A stretch of DNA of 64,000 nucleotides from a virus. Within the stretch, counting starts at the first letter, position 1; each line of letters starts with the position of its first letter. Of the stretch, positions 1-8,610 are shown piece by piece. The stretch spans positions 4,140-68,139 of IMG/VR virus record IMGVR_UViG_3300023270_000001; one strand, given 5' to 3'. A program made the position numbers and the translations under genes. Below the pieces are notes generated by a model. It had not been told where the DNA came from and ran no database searches. It was given only the letters and a program-made list of their open reading frames with translations.

Positions 1-178
1 CCCATCTAACATTGCCAACCCGACACCCAAGAGGTCATACCAACTGAGGAACCAGGCGAGCACGTGAAGGCGCCACATGTGGCAAACGATACTCTGATCG
101 CGCGCCGATGACATAGATCGGTAGATCTCCCCGCACACTGTACGGAGGTGCAGGTCTACCGGTAGCGTCGCTAGTCCT

Positions 179-931
179 CTAGAACACCACCACGTGGCCT
201 GGGTCGGTGATTACCCACCGCTCCACACCGTCCTGGGTCACCTGTCCCACGTTCCCCTCGTGCACGTCGCCGATGAAGATCCTCTGTTCATCGAACACCC
301 GGAGGACGCCAGCGAACAGGTCGGCGATCGGCTTGACGGCCGACGTGATGATGTCCTGCACGCTGGCGCGCCAGATCTTGATCTCCGGGGCGACCGCCGA
401 CAGGTCGCCCTTGGTACCTCGCTTGCTCATCTTCCACACCTTGACGAGCACGAAGGCTGCCGACCGGTGCTGCTCATTGATGAGATACGTCGCGACGTCT
501 CCTTTCATGTCACCGAAGGCGGCGTAAACGTCGCCCACGTAGTTTGCGCTGTCGCGCCAGAGGAGCCAGACCTTCTCTCCTTTGAAGGTCTGATCCGTCT
601 CGAGGATGTCGTAGTAGCGGACGCAGATCGGTGCTACGAGAGTGGCGGCGATCTCTCTCGCGAACTCGGCCTCAGTGTCATCGGAGGTGAGCTTCAAGAC
701 AACGGTGTCGTCGAGCGTCGGCATGACGCATCCGAAGGCACCGCAGCCGTACTCCTTCATCTCGGCCTTCATCACCACCGTCTTGGACCTTGGCGTGGCC
801 TTACCTGACGATACCCTCGTCAGTTTCGGCAGCCAGTCCGGCCGCACGCGGACCTCGAGTGACTCGTACGCATTGGCCAGCAACTGCGTTGCCCATGGCG
901 GGTTATCGACAAACGTTCGCGAGCTCACCAT
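179..931 (-). CDS. Protein-kinase-like (ePK/APH fold) protein
   Basis: Gly-loop YGCGAFGCV, VVLK lysine, catalytic GDVHEGNV, DPG in place of DFG; start placed at ATG 931, 7 nt below a TAGGAT hexamer (ORF track extends to 1024). Confidence 0.7.
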   Translation of the reverse strand: MVSSRTFVDNPPWATQLLANAYESLEVRVRPDWLPKLTRVSSGKATPRSKTVVMKAEMKEYGCGAFGCVMPTLDDTVVLKLTSDDTEAEFAREIAATLVAPICVRYYDILETDQTFKGEKVWLLWRDSANYVGDVYAAFGDMKGDVATYLINEQHRSAAFVLVKVWKMSKRGTKGDLSAVAPEIKIWRASVQDIITSAVKPIADLFAGVLRVFDEQRIFIGDVHEGNVGQVTQDGVERWVITDPGHVVVF

Positions 932-937
932 GGATGG

Positions 938-944
938 TATCCTA
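938..944. promoter_or_regulatory. Overlapping divergent -10-like hexamers (TATCCT on +, TAGGAT on -) between kinase and integrase
   Basis: Only 22 nt separate the two inferred start codons; TAnnnT hexamers on both strands. Confidence 0.35.
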
Positions 945-953
945 CCGCTGTCG

Positions 954-1838
954 ATGGAAATCACCGAGCACAACCTCGCGAAGTTCCGCTCCTGGGTCCT
1001 CGACCGCGGACGCTCCAGCGGCACGGCCGCGCTCTACGTGTCGAACCTGAAGTCATGCGCCAAGGACCGCCAACTCACCCGCCGCCTCGTGGCCGGCCGC
1101 TTGGCGCCGAACTCGCTGCGGACCAATATGGCTGCGTTGCGCGCGTGGGCGAAGTTTTCCAAGAACCCGGAGATGGCCGAGGTGCTCAAGGACATCCGGC
1201 TCCCACCGGCTCGGCGTCTGAGCACCAAGCAGCCGCTCGACCTCGAGCAGTGGCGCGAGGTCATCCGGCATATGCAGACGTGCTCGATGCGCAACGAGGC
1301 GATGCGCCAGGTATTGCTCATCATGGCCATCCGCGGACTCCGCTGTAGCGACGTCCTACGCATGCGGAGCGACGACGTCCTGAGGGCGCTTGCCACTGGC
1401 AAGCTCGTCTACGAAGGCAAGGGACGCAAGCGCATGGAGATCTCGGCCGAGCCCATCCGTAAGCAGTTGCGCGAGCTCGCCGTATTCCAGGACTGGGAGC
1501 GCGTCCGCGATCTCATCAGCGCGTCGAAGAACCCCGAGGTGGCCCGGGTGATGGTGTACCGCGCGGCGAAGCGGACCGCTGCCAAGGTCGACATCATCAA
1601 CATGTCGCCGCACCGCTACCGGCACACGTTCGCGGCGAACTATCTGAGCCAACTGGCGGGCGACCCGAATGCGATCGTGAAACTGCAGCGGTACATGGGG
1701 TGGGAGAGCATGGAGACCGCAGCGCGCTACGTGAGCGCGGTGTCGCAGGACGAGCTCGACAACATCGGCGCTGGCCTGGTGAGCGGTCTACTCAAGGCGC
1801 CAGCCGTGGCCGATCGCGCCAAGCGCAAGCGACGGTAG
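954..1838 (+). CDS. Tyrosine recombinase / integrase
   Basis: Catalytic set GLRCSDV (R), HRYRH (HxxR), MGW, ARY (Tyr); start inferred at 954 (930 alternative). Confidence 0.85.
   Translation: MEITEHNLAKFRSWVLDRGRSSGTAALYVSNLKSCAKDRQLTRRLVAGRLAPNSLRTNMAALRAWAKFSKNPEMAEVLKDIRLPPARRLSTKQPLDLEQWREVIRHMQTCSMRNEAMRQVLLIMAIRGLRCSDVLRMRSDDVLRALATGKLVYEGKGRKRMEISAEPIRKQLRELAVFQDWERVRDLISASKNPEVARVMVYRAAKRTAAKVDIINMSPHRYRHTFAANYLSQLAGDPNAIVKLQRYMGWESMETAARYVSAVSQDELDNIGAGLVSGLLKAPAVADRAKRKRR
1390..1402. repeat. Palindrome TTGCCACTGGCAA, copy 1 (inside integrase)
   Basis: Exact match read from sequence. Confidence 0.9.
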
Positions 1839-1952
1839 CCCCGATCCAGCCGTCCGACGTTGATGGAGCGCCGCAGCGTACTCTACTCCATGGAAGCCCG
1901 CTCAACCTGAGCTACTGCCGGACCGGGGCAGAGTCATGGTACACCACGGCCA

Positions 1953-2303
1953 ATGCAATTCCAAATTCATGTCGGCAAGTCTCGCAACCTCGGTCCCATT
2001 CAGTTGTTCTCGGCGTTCGACTCCATCGGATCGCCGAACAACGTGCTCGACACGACCTCGCCGATCGTCGCGAGTTGCCCGAGCGAGCGCTGTCGCGTCG
2101 GCGTCCTCGCCGATGGCCGGACGGTGTATATCGACGGGGTGACCGAATCGCCCGGCCCCATCAACGTGAACATCAACGCCCTCGGCAAGCAGGCGACCAT
2201 CCAGGTCGAGGTGGTGGCGGCCGAGCCGCCGCAGTTTCCGGCGGCGATCGTCGTCGACACGTCGATGGTCAGCCCCGAGTACACGACTCCGGCCACGCGC
2301 TGA
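1953..2303 (+). CDS. Hypothetical beta-rich (Ig-like?) protein
   Basis: Protein-like composition with alternating hydrophobic strands. Confidence 0.55.
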   Translation: MQFQIHVGKSRNLGPIQLFSAFDSIGSPNNVLDTTSPIVASCPSERCRVGVLADGRTVYIDGVTESPGPINVNINALGKQATIQVEVVAAEPPQFPAAIVVDTSMVSPEYTTPATR

Positions 2304-2322
2304 GGCGTGCTACGGTCTGGGG

Positions 2323-2472
2323 ATGAAGAACACCAGACCACGCGTCGCCCTGAAGCTCGAGACCATCCGCACGCTCCGCCCGGCCAACCTCACGCAGGTG
2401 GCGGCCGGGGTGGTGGCGACGAGCAAGCAACCATGGTGCAGTGACACCTACAGTGCCAGTTGCCCCAAATAG
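2323..2472 (+). CDS. 49-aa RiPP (lanthipeptide-type) precursor-like peptide MKNTRPRVALKLETIRTLRPANLTQVAAGVVATSKQPWCSDTYSASCPK
   Basis: Hand-translated, below the ORF-track cutoff; leader LKLETIRTL...L.QVAAG; Ser/Thr-rich core with two Cys. Confidence 0.6.
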   Translation: MKNTRPRVALKLETIRTLRPANLTQVAAGVVATSKQPWCSDTYSASCPK

Positions 2473-2532
2473 GTCAGCGCAGCGACCTCAACGCCTGCGA
2501 CTAACAGCGCCGGCGCCGAAACGATGAAAGCC

Positions 2533-2676
2533 GGGTAACGGCTCGAGTCTGTTGAATGTAGGTCCCGGATGGTGCATCCCCTTGCCATCCGACGTTACTC
2601 GGCGGACTGAGACACCGAGCCAAATACACCCTGTCCTTGGGGTCTCCCCGAGGCGCTATGGTTCGAGCCGCTACCC
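2533..2676. ncRNA. Candidate multibranch structured RNA
   Basis: Closing stem 2533-2546/2663-2676 (13 of 14 pairs) enclosing hairpins 2566-2591, 2598-2619 and 2635-2653. Confidence 0.45.
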
Positions 2677-2727
2677 GTAGTGTCTTCTTACCACGGATAC
2701 ACCAGCAGATGGTACGGTGTATCTCAC

Positions 2728-3102
2728 ATGGCGAACCACAAGGAATCTGCGACGTATTCACGGCGGAGCCGACTGGCACCGCACCTCAATCCGGAGCATC
2801 AGCCGCCGCGCTCGCAGTCGTCGGCGCCGTTCGTCGACATCGACCGACTCACGGGCGCCAACGGGATGGTCGGTATCATCAGCCAGCGTCGTCGCGACGG
2901 GATCATCACCTTCGCGATCGTCCGCGAATGGGAGACGGTGGACACCATCACCGGCGAGCCGAAGGGCATGCGCGGGTCGTTCTGCCCGTCCAGCCTCATC
3001 GGCGACTACATGAAGATGGTCGAGATGATCGGCGTCCGCATTGCCGAGCTCATCGCCAACCCGGTCGCGCTGCCGTTCCCCCTGCCAGCGGGGCGCCGGT
3101 GA
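2728..3102 (+). CDS. Hypothetical protein
   Basis: Stop overlaps the GTG of the endolysin; hairpin GATACACC/GGTGTATC just upstream. Confidence 0.55.
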   Translation: MANHKESATYSRRSRLAPHLNPEHQPPRSQSSAPFVDIDRLTGANGMVGIISQRRRDGIITFAIVREWETVDTITGEPKGMRGSFCPSSLIGDYMKMVEMIGVRIAELIANPVALPFPLPAGRR

Positions 3103-4013
3103 TCGTCGGCGTCGACTACGCGTCGGTGGACGGCAACCGCCCGCCCATTTGGATCGACGCGAAGCGGGCTTGTGCGGAGCAGGGGTCGTCGCTGGGGTTC
3201 GTCGTATTCCGGGGCGCCTGGGGCACCTTCGCGGATCCGGTCATCGGCCGTGACTGGGTCAACGCTGGGGCGGCCGGCCTCGTCCGCGGGGCGTACCTCT
3301 ACCTCCGACTCAAGCCCGACATCGTCGCAAAGATGTCGCCGGAGGACCAGGTCCACGCGTTCGCCGACAACGTCGGCGCGCTGTACGACGAGGATCTGAT
3401 CCCGACGATCGACGTCGAGGACACGGCGGCGTCGCCAGCGGTCGAGCTCGACCTGGTGAGCCGCGCATGGGAGGCGATGCGCTCGATCTACCGCGCGGCG
3501 CCGATGATCTACACCTCCGCGCGGGTGTGGAAGGAGGACCTCAAGAACCTCCCCGCCGGCGCCATGCGCGCGTCCCCGCTGTGGCTTGCGAAGCCGTGGC
3601 CGTGGCCGACGCATGCGAAGGCGCGGCTCGACCCGACCCCGTTCGCCAAGGGTGAGCTCGACCCGGCGGTCCCGCCGTCGTGGGGCGATAACGGCAACTG
3701 GTGGGTTCACCAGTACCAGGGCGACGCGTTCCCGATGTCCGGGTTCACGAACACCGTCGACCTCAACCGCTTCCACGTGATGCGGCAAGGTGAGCGAGGC
3801 GACCGCGTGAAGTGGGTGCAGCGGCGGATCTTCGGCGCGGACAGCAATCACTACTGCGCAGCCGGCAACCCCACCGACATCGATGGGGTCTTCGGCCCCT
3901 CGACCTTGGCAGCGGTCAAGACGTTCCAGACGCTCCACCTGCTCGCTGCGGACGGCGTCATCGGTCCGAAGACCTTCGCTGCGCTGTCCTGGGTCGACGC
4001 TCCGGCGGTGTGA
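3099..4013 (+). CDS. GH25 muramidase (endolysin) with C-terminal peptidoglycan-binding domain
   Basis: GVDYA, RGAYLY, IDVED, IYT, LWLA, QY, VDLN motifs; IDGVFGPST...ADGVIGPKT PG-binding pattern; GTG start at 3099. Confidence 0.85.
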   Translation: MIVGVDYASVDGNRPPIWIDAKRACAEQGSSLGFVVFRGAWGTFADPVIGRDWVNAGAAGLVRGAYLYLRLKPDIVAKMSPEDQVHAFADNVGALYDEDLIPTIDVEDTAASPAVELDLVSRAWEAMRSIYRAAPMIYTSARVWKEDLKNLPAGAMRASPLWLAKPWPWPTHAKARLDPTPFAKGELDPAVPPSWGDNGNWWVHQYQGDAFPMSGFTNTVDLNRFHVMRQGERGDRVKWVQRRIFGADSNHYCAAGNPTDIDGVFGPSTLAAVKTFQTLHLLAADGVIGPKTFAALSWVDAPAV

Positions 4014-4597
4014 TGTCCTGCATCGCGCCGCGGTGCCCAGACGGCCGGGAACCCGGCAGCCTATTCTGCCGTGCGCACGAGCAGGCGCCAGCTCCGCAGC
4101 GCGGCGGGTGGCTCTCCGCGGAGCGGCGCCGCCGCAAGCTCGCCGCTGGCGCGGAGCCGCTCGATGTCAGCAACGTCGTGCCGCGGCTCTGGGTTGGGGC
4201 CACGCCGATGGTCGACCGCGACCTGCCTGACTTCGACGTGATGGTGCTGTGCGCGGCGGAGGCGCAGCCAGAGCACGTCGCGTTTCACGGCCAATTGGTG
4301 CGCTGCCCGGTGGTGAACGACATCCTGTCTCACCAGGAACTCGCTGCGGTGATCATGGTGTCACGCATCGTGGCGCAGGCGCTGGGAGCTGGTAAGCGCG
4401 TGCTGGTCGCCTGCGCGGCAGACGCCAACCGGTCCGCCTTGGTCGCGGCACTCTCCCTGGCGCGGCTCACGCGAGCGTCAGCCGTCGAGCTTGTCGCGCT
4501 GATGCGCGCGAAGCGCGGGCCGCAGGCACTCACCACAGCGTTCTTCCAGCACGTGCTACAGAAGTTGGTGGGCGACGGGCGTAAGCCGTATCGTTGA
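4013..4597 (+). CDS. Dual-specificity/tyrosine phosphatase-like protein
   Basis: VSNVVPRLWVG N-terminal motif and VLVACAADANRS (C-x5-R) loop; N-terminal Cys/His cluster. Confidence 0.7.
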   Translation: MSCIAPRCPDGREPGSLFCRAHEQAPAPQRGGWLSAERRRRKLAAGAEPLDVSNVVPRLWVGATPMVDRDLPDFDVMVLCAAEAQPEHVAFHGQLVRCPVVNDILSHQELAAVIMVSRIVAQALGAGKRVLVACAADANRSALVAALSLARLTRASAVELVALMRAKRGPQALTTAFFQHVLQKLVGDGRKPYR

Positions 4598-4659
4598 CGT
4601 CTTATGTCTCTCCGTGTCTCGCCGCAGCGTGGGTCTCGCCCAAAGGCCGGCGAGCAAGC

Positions 4660-5013
4660 CTAGATGGTGAAGGCGGCGTTGTACTCGATAAGAATCGCCG
4701 CCGCTTGCCCGGACGTGATGAGAGACTGGTCGAGCAACTGTTGCGTGACCCAGCAGATCCGGTAGATATACTCGGCGGACAGCGTGAGGTCGCCGATCGC
4801 CACCAAGCTTCCGGGCATTTGGTTCGCCAAGTTCGAGATCAGCGCGAACCAGTTCCGGATCGGGTGAGAGTTCGCCTGCTGATCTGACCCGACACCAGAG
4901 ATGCCGTTCGCGAATTGGGTCATGCTGAACTTGAGGCTGTCCGACACCCACTTGATTTGGAGGTTGTCGAACGCGGCCCCGGCGGCCTCGGGAAGGGTTA
5001 GCGCAGGTGGCAT
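4660..5013 (-). CDS. Hypothetical helical protein
   Basis: Protein-like composition, follows 5021-5821 in the same orientation. Confidence 0.55.
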   Translation of the reverse strand: MPPALTLPEAAGAAFDNLQIKWVSDSLKFSMTQFANGISGVGSDQQANSHPIRNWFALISNLANQMPGSLVAIGDLTLSAEYIYRICWVTQQLLDQSLITSGQAAAILIEYNAAFTI

Positions 5014-5020
5014 GTGGTCC

Positions 5021-5821
5021 TCACAGCGTATCCGAGGTGACGATGCGGAGAGGGGCCGGACCAACCGCCCCCCGGATGCCGATCACGAGCGCATCAAACA
5101 TCCCGGTGGTGGTCGCGTTGACGATGGTGTTCGACGATGCCGGGAACGGGATGAGCGTCGGCGCCAGGATCTCCCGTTCCTGATGATACGGCGGCCCGGA
5201 TAGGGGTAGGATCGGGTTCGGATTGGGGGAGATAGCGAAATTCACGCCGATGATCTGGAAGAACATCCCCGACGCGGGGGTGCGATTCGTGAACTGGATG
5301 TACGCGAACTTCCGGCTATAGAACGGGACCACGATCCAGCACGTTCCGCCGAACGCGTTGTAGTTCTGATACACGAACTGCTTGTCGATGCGCGGTGGAA
5401 CCAGCGTAGGCGGCGCCTGGAAATACTGGACCACGTCGAGAACCGGTGTCTGAAAGTTGATCGTGTCGTTGGTGAAATCGAACGTCCTGGGGCGGAAGTT
5501 CGGGTCGTAGATATCGGCCGACCAGAAGAAAATCCGACCGGGGACCTTCGACGGCGAGTAGGTCTCGCTGGGGTTCGCGTCGACTCGACCCACAAACGAC
5601 CGCTGTGGGCCGATCGTCGCCTGCTGCACGAAGCCAGTGACCTGGTCATCGAAGTAATTGACGTTGATGTTCGCTAGGTCCGAGTCCGGACCGAGCGACA
5701 GGGCCAGACAGCCCTGGTCGGACTCGTAGATGTCACCAGGAGATGACAGCAGCGTGCGTAGACGGAAGAACTGGGATCCGCCGACGCAGTAGCCGTTCGC
5801 TGAGGGCTGAGGGTATGACAT
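5021..5821 (-). CDS. Beta-rich putative virion protein (vertex/spike-like)
   Basis: Aromatic/Asn/Pro-rich beta-strand composition, MSY start, next to capsid paralog module. Confidence 0.55.
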   Translation of the reverse strand: MSYPQPSANGYCVGGSQFFRLRTLLSSPGDIYESDQGCLALSLGPDSDLANINVNYFDDQVTGFVQQATIGPQRSFVGRVDANPSETYSPSKVPGRIFFWSADIYDPNFRPRTFDFTNDTINFQTPVLDVVQYFQAPPTLVPPRIDKQFVYQNYNAFGGTCWIVVPFYSRKFAYIQFTNRTPASGMFFQIIGVNFAISPNPNPILPLSGPPYHQEREILAPTLIPFPASSNTIVNATTTGMFDALVIGIRGAVGPAPLRIVTSDTL

Positions 5822-5839
5822 AGGGGTAGGGTCCTCTGG

Positions 5840-5852
5840 TTGCCAGTGGCAA
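5840..5852. repeat. Palindrome TTGCCAGTGGCAA, copy 2 (intergenic)
   Basis: Exact match. Confidence 0.9.
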
Positions 5853-5855
5853 GAT

Positions 5856-6365
5856 CTACAGCTTCGAGCGAGACCGGACGAGGTCCAGCACGCTGCCGCC
5901 CATCGACCCGAGTACCGAGGTCAGGAGCCCGGTGATGGTCTCGAGCCACGGCACCGCCTCGACGAGGACTTTGATCCTGTTCACCGTCGTGGCGGCGACG
6001 TAGAGCTTGTTGCCCTTGCCGATGTTGAACGTGGTCGCGACGCCCGTCTGCAGCAACTGCCCCTTGCCAGACAGCACCGGGGTCAACTGCTGGTTCTCGC
6101 CGACCGCGACGGGGCCGGCGGTCTCGAGCGTCAGGGTCACGCGAGCCCACAGCCGATCGCCGTTGTAGATGATTTGCGGCGGCTCGCCGGTGACCGGGAC
6201 CTTGGTGATGTAGGTGTTCGCCTGGTACCGGTACTCGGACTGGCCGCTCTGGACCGCCGGGGTCTGGACAGTGGCCACCGTCCGATTCGTGGAGATGGGG
6301 CCGATCTTGCTGCCCGCGCCGCCGGGCTGCGGTCTCGTTCGGGGCGTGAGAATCAAGGGCTTCAT
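5856..6365 (-). CDS. Putative minor virion protein (beta sandwich plus amphipathic C-terminus)
   Basis: Strand-rich core ARVTLTLETAGPVAVG...KLYVAATTVNRIKVLVE; amphipathic tail. Confidence 0.55.
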   Translation of the reverse strand: MKPLILTPRTRPQPGGAGSKIGPISTNRTVATVQTPAVQSGQSEYRYQANTYITKVPVTGEPPQIIYNGDRLWARVTLTLETAGPVAVGENQQLTPVLSGKGQLLQTGVATTFNIGKGNKLYVAATTVNRIKVLVEAVPWLETITGLLTSVLGSMGGSVLDLVRSRSKL

Positions 6366-7090
6366 GCTCGCCTCAGTAGGAGGTAGGTGAGTACAGCTCC
6401 ACCGGCTGCGAGTAGGAGGATACCTGAGATCGGCTTCACGAAATAGGGGGCAACTTCAGGCGGGATGACGTATGGACCGGCCGGCGGATCCGGGATGTAC
6501 ATCGGAGGGCCGGGGATCCCGAAGGCGACGGCCTGGCCAATGTCCCACTGGCGATCGATGCTAAGCACGCGCGCGGCGACCTTGTCCGCGCTCTGGCTGC
6601 CGAGCGGGATGCCGCCGGAGACCTGCACGTAGCGCCGGATGGCGCCGAACACGTCGCCCTGGGGGAGGCCGACGCTCGAGGCGGCGGCGTTGGCAAGTTG
6701 TCGCGAACCCGAGCGCCCGACCGCGAACGCCAGCCGGGCGAGCTTCCAGTTGTCGGCCGAGCCGAGCGAGACCTGCGGCGTCGAGAGCGCCCACAGCGCG
6801 GCCTCGAGCTCGTACTCGAGCACGCCGATCGCGATGTTCGACTCCGGGTCGTTCCGCGCCTCGGCCGCGTATCCGAACAGCGGCGGCACGTAGGCGGCGA
6901 CCTGGAGGTAGCCGACCTCGCCCAGCAGGATGTCGCCCGAGGCGTTGAAGTTGCCGCCGCTCTCGTGGGAGATGGCGGCGGCCAGGAAGCCGACCGGGAT
7001 CCCGCCGTGGTAGCGGTCGATCCACGGGCCGAGCGTCTGGTAGACGCCTCGCGCTTGGGCTACGTCGGCGTCGAAGCTGGCATCCGCCAT
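6362..7090 (-). CDS. Lytic transglycosylase (SLT-like) with C-terminal membrane anchor
   Basis: FLAAAISHESGGN catalytic Glu motif, GYLQV motif, C-terminal LLLAAGGAVLTYLLLRRA. Confidence 0.7.
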   Translation of the reverse strand: MADASFDADVAQARGVYQTLGPWIDRYHGGIPVGFLAAAISHESGGNFNASGDILLGEVGYLQVAAYVPPLFGYAAEARNDPESNIAIGVLEYELEAALWALSTPQVSLGSADNWKLARLAFAVGRSGSRQLANAAASSVGLPQGDVFGAIRRYVQVSGGIPLGSQSADKVAARVLSIDRQWDIGQAVAFGIPGPPMYIPDPPAGPYVIPPEVAPYFVKPISGILLLAAGGAVLTYLLLRRA

Positions 7091-7107
7091 GCCAGCATCA
7101 TATCAGG

Positions 7108-7821
7108 CTACTGGATGTCGCGGGTCGTCCAGCCTTCGAGATGCACCCAGACCAGCGCCGCGGGCGCGACATCGGTCGGCATCACCTCGAGCAGCGACCG
7201 TAGCGCGCTCGGATCGCTGGTCACGGTGACACCGAAGGACTGACGCGTCGGCACGTGGACGATCGTGCGGTTGGGTTCCTTGGCAGTCGCTGCCTTGAAC
7301 CATGCGTGTCGCTCTTGAGGGGCGAGAAGGCGCCATGCCGCCTCTTCCCAGGCAGCGGTTCCGTTACGATCACCGTTCGTGGCAACGCTGATTTCACTGT
7401 TGAATGCCGCCCACGCTTGCCTGGCGATGCGATCGGTCGCGGCGGCGTCGGGAGTTGACTCGAATGGCACGCGACCCATGAGCAGGCTGGCCAGTGACCG
7501 CACACCGTACGGCCTCGCTCCGACGATAAAATCGACAGTCGTTGCATTGACCCATGCGTGCCACGCGCGCTTGAACGCGTCGGTGCCGCCGATCTCGGAG
7601 ATGTTGGTGCGCGCGTGCCAACTGTAGATCGCCATGGCCATGCCATGCGGAAGTTGGCCGCCGGTCTGGATATTGGTCAACGCCAAGTTTCCGATATTGG
7701 CGTCGCCGAACAGCTTGAGGACTACGCCTCGGCCGTCGGTATTGCGGTCTAACGCGCGCGGCGACACGGCGTCGTAGAGGTCGGAGTAGAGGCGTTCTCG
7801 GATCCCTTGAAGTCTTGGCAT
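7108..7821 (-). CDS. Divergent paralog of the candidate major capsid protein at 35153
   Basis: Shares MPRLxGxRERL, KLFGxANIGNLALTNxQTxGQL, VGxxP, VPxRQxF and LxGxxTRDxQ; about 45-aa extra helical segment. Confidence 0.75.
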   Translation of the reverse strand: MPRLQGIRERLYSDLYDAVSPRALDRNTDGRGVVLKLFGDANIGNLALTNIQTGGQLPHGMAMAIYSWHARTNISEIGGTDAFKRAWHAWVNATTVDFIVGARPYGVRSLASLLMGRVPFESTPDAAATDRIARQAWAAFNSEISVATNGDRNGTAAWEEAAWRLLAPQERHAWFKAATAKEPNRTIVHVPTRQSFGVTVTSDPSALRSLLEVMPTDVAPAALVWVHLEGWTTRDIQ

Positions 7822-7830
7822 CTGCCGATG

Positions 7831-8463
7831 CTACAGCGATGCCATCAGCACGTCAGCCGCGTTGTTGATGGTCGCCATCTTTTCGACGCTGCCACCGCGA
7901 TCCGGGTGGTGCTTCTTGGCGAGCGCGCGCTTCCGCGCCGTGATCGCCTCCTCGGTCAGCGGCTCGCTGGCTGCGAACCCCATGACCTGGCGAGCGAGCG
8001 CGATGTCGCGGGCGATGCGCTCGCTGTCGTCGGCCTGGGGTGGCGGTGTTTGCCGAGCTTGGCGCTGTGCACCCCGTACGCGCTCCTGGGCGTCGCGGAA
8101 GATGTCGCCCCAGTTCACGCCTTCGGCGCGACCCGACTGAGCTCGCCGATGGGCCGAGTTCTCGCTCTCCTGTCGTCCGACCTCGGGGTGGTACCCGCCG
8201 CCCATGGCCGGCGCCCACTGCTGGGCCAGGGTCTCGGCGATGCCGCCGAAGATCGCCTCGCGGTTGATGGGCTTGCCGCCGAGGAAGTTCTCGAACTGCT
8301 CGGCGACGACCGTCGCGAACGGCGACGCCTTGGCGGCGCCGGCGATCGCAGCGCGGTGGCGGGCGCACACGGCCGGTTCTCCGTGACCATCGCGCGTGCA
8401 GCGCCGGTTGTTCTCGTACACCTGGCAGCGCGGCGCGCGGGCGGTTCGCTGGGGACTAGGCAT
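7831..8463 (-). CDS. J-domain (DnaJ-like) protein
   Basis: C-terminal KRALAKKHHPDRGGSVEKMATIN with HPD motif; TATACT 7 nt upstream of ATG. Confidence 0.75.
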   Translation of the reverse strand: MPSPQRTARAPRCQVYENNRRCTRDGHGEPAVCARHRAAIAGAAKASPFATVVAEQFENFLGGKPINREAIFGGIAETLAQQWAPAMGGGYHPEVGRQESENSAHRRAQSGRAEGVNWGDIFRDAQERVRGAQRQARQTPPPQADDSERIARDIALARQVMGFAASEPLTEEAITARKRALAKKHHPDRGGSVEKMATINNAADVLMASL

Positions 8464-8610
8464 GACTCCTAGTATACGACAGCGTCGCTTCCATTTCCCA
8501 CGGCACGCCTAGTCCCGACTCCAAGCGCGTACATGGAGGTCCCGGTTTTGGATAAGGCATCGGGCTGCCTCTACTTCACTCGGACGGCGTCCAGCGTTCA
8601 GGGTCGCTGG

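Noticed and set aside
642-953. N-terminal extension of the integrase ORF (likewise 2637-3098 for the endolysin and 932-1024 for the kinase)
   Set aside because: Overlaps another credible gene and adds no domain; later starts fit better
1390-1402. 13-bp palindrome considered as the integrase attachment or dif-like site
   Set aside because: Tyrosine recombinase cores need a 6-8-bp spacer between arms; this has a 1-bp centre and is dispersed within genes
2500-2680. Hammerhead ribozyme (GAAA and CTGA words present)
   Set aside because: No CUGANGA core and the order of elements does not fit
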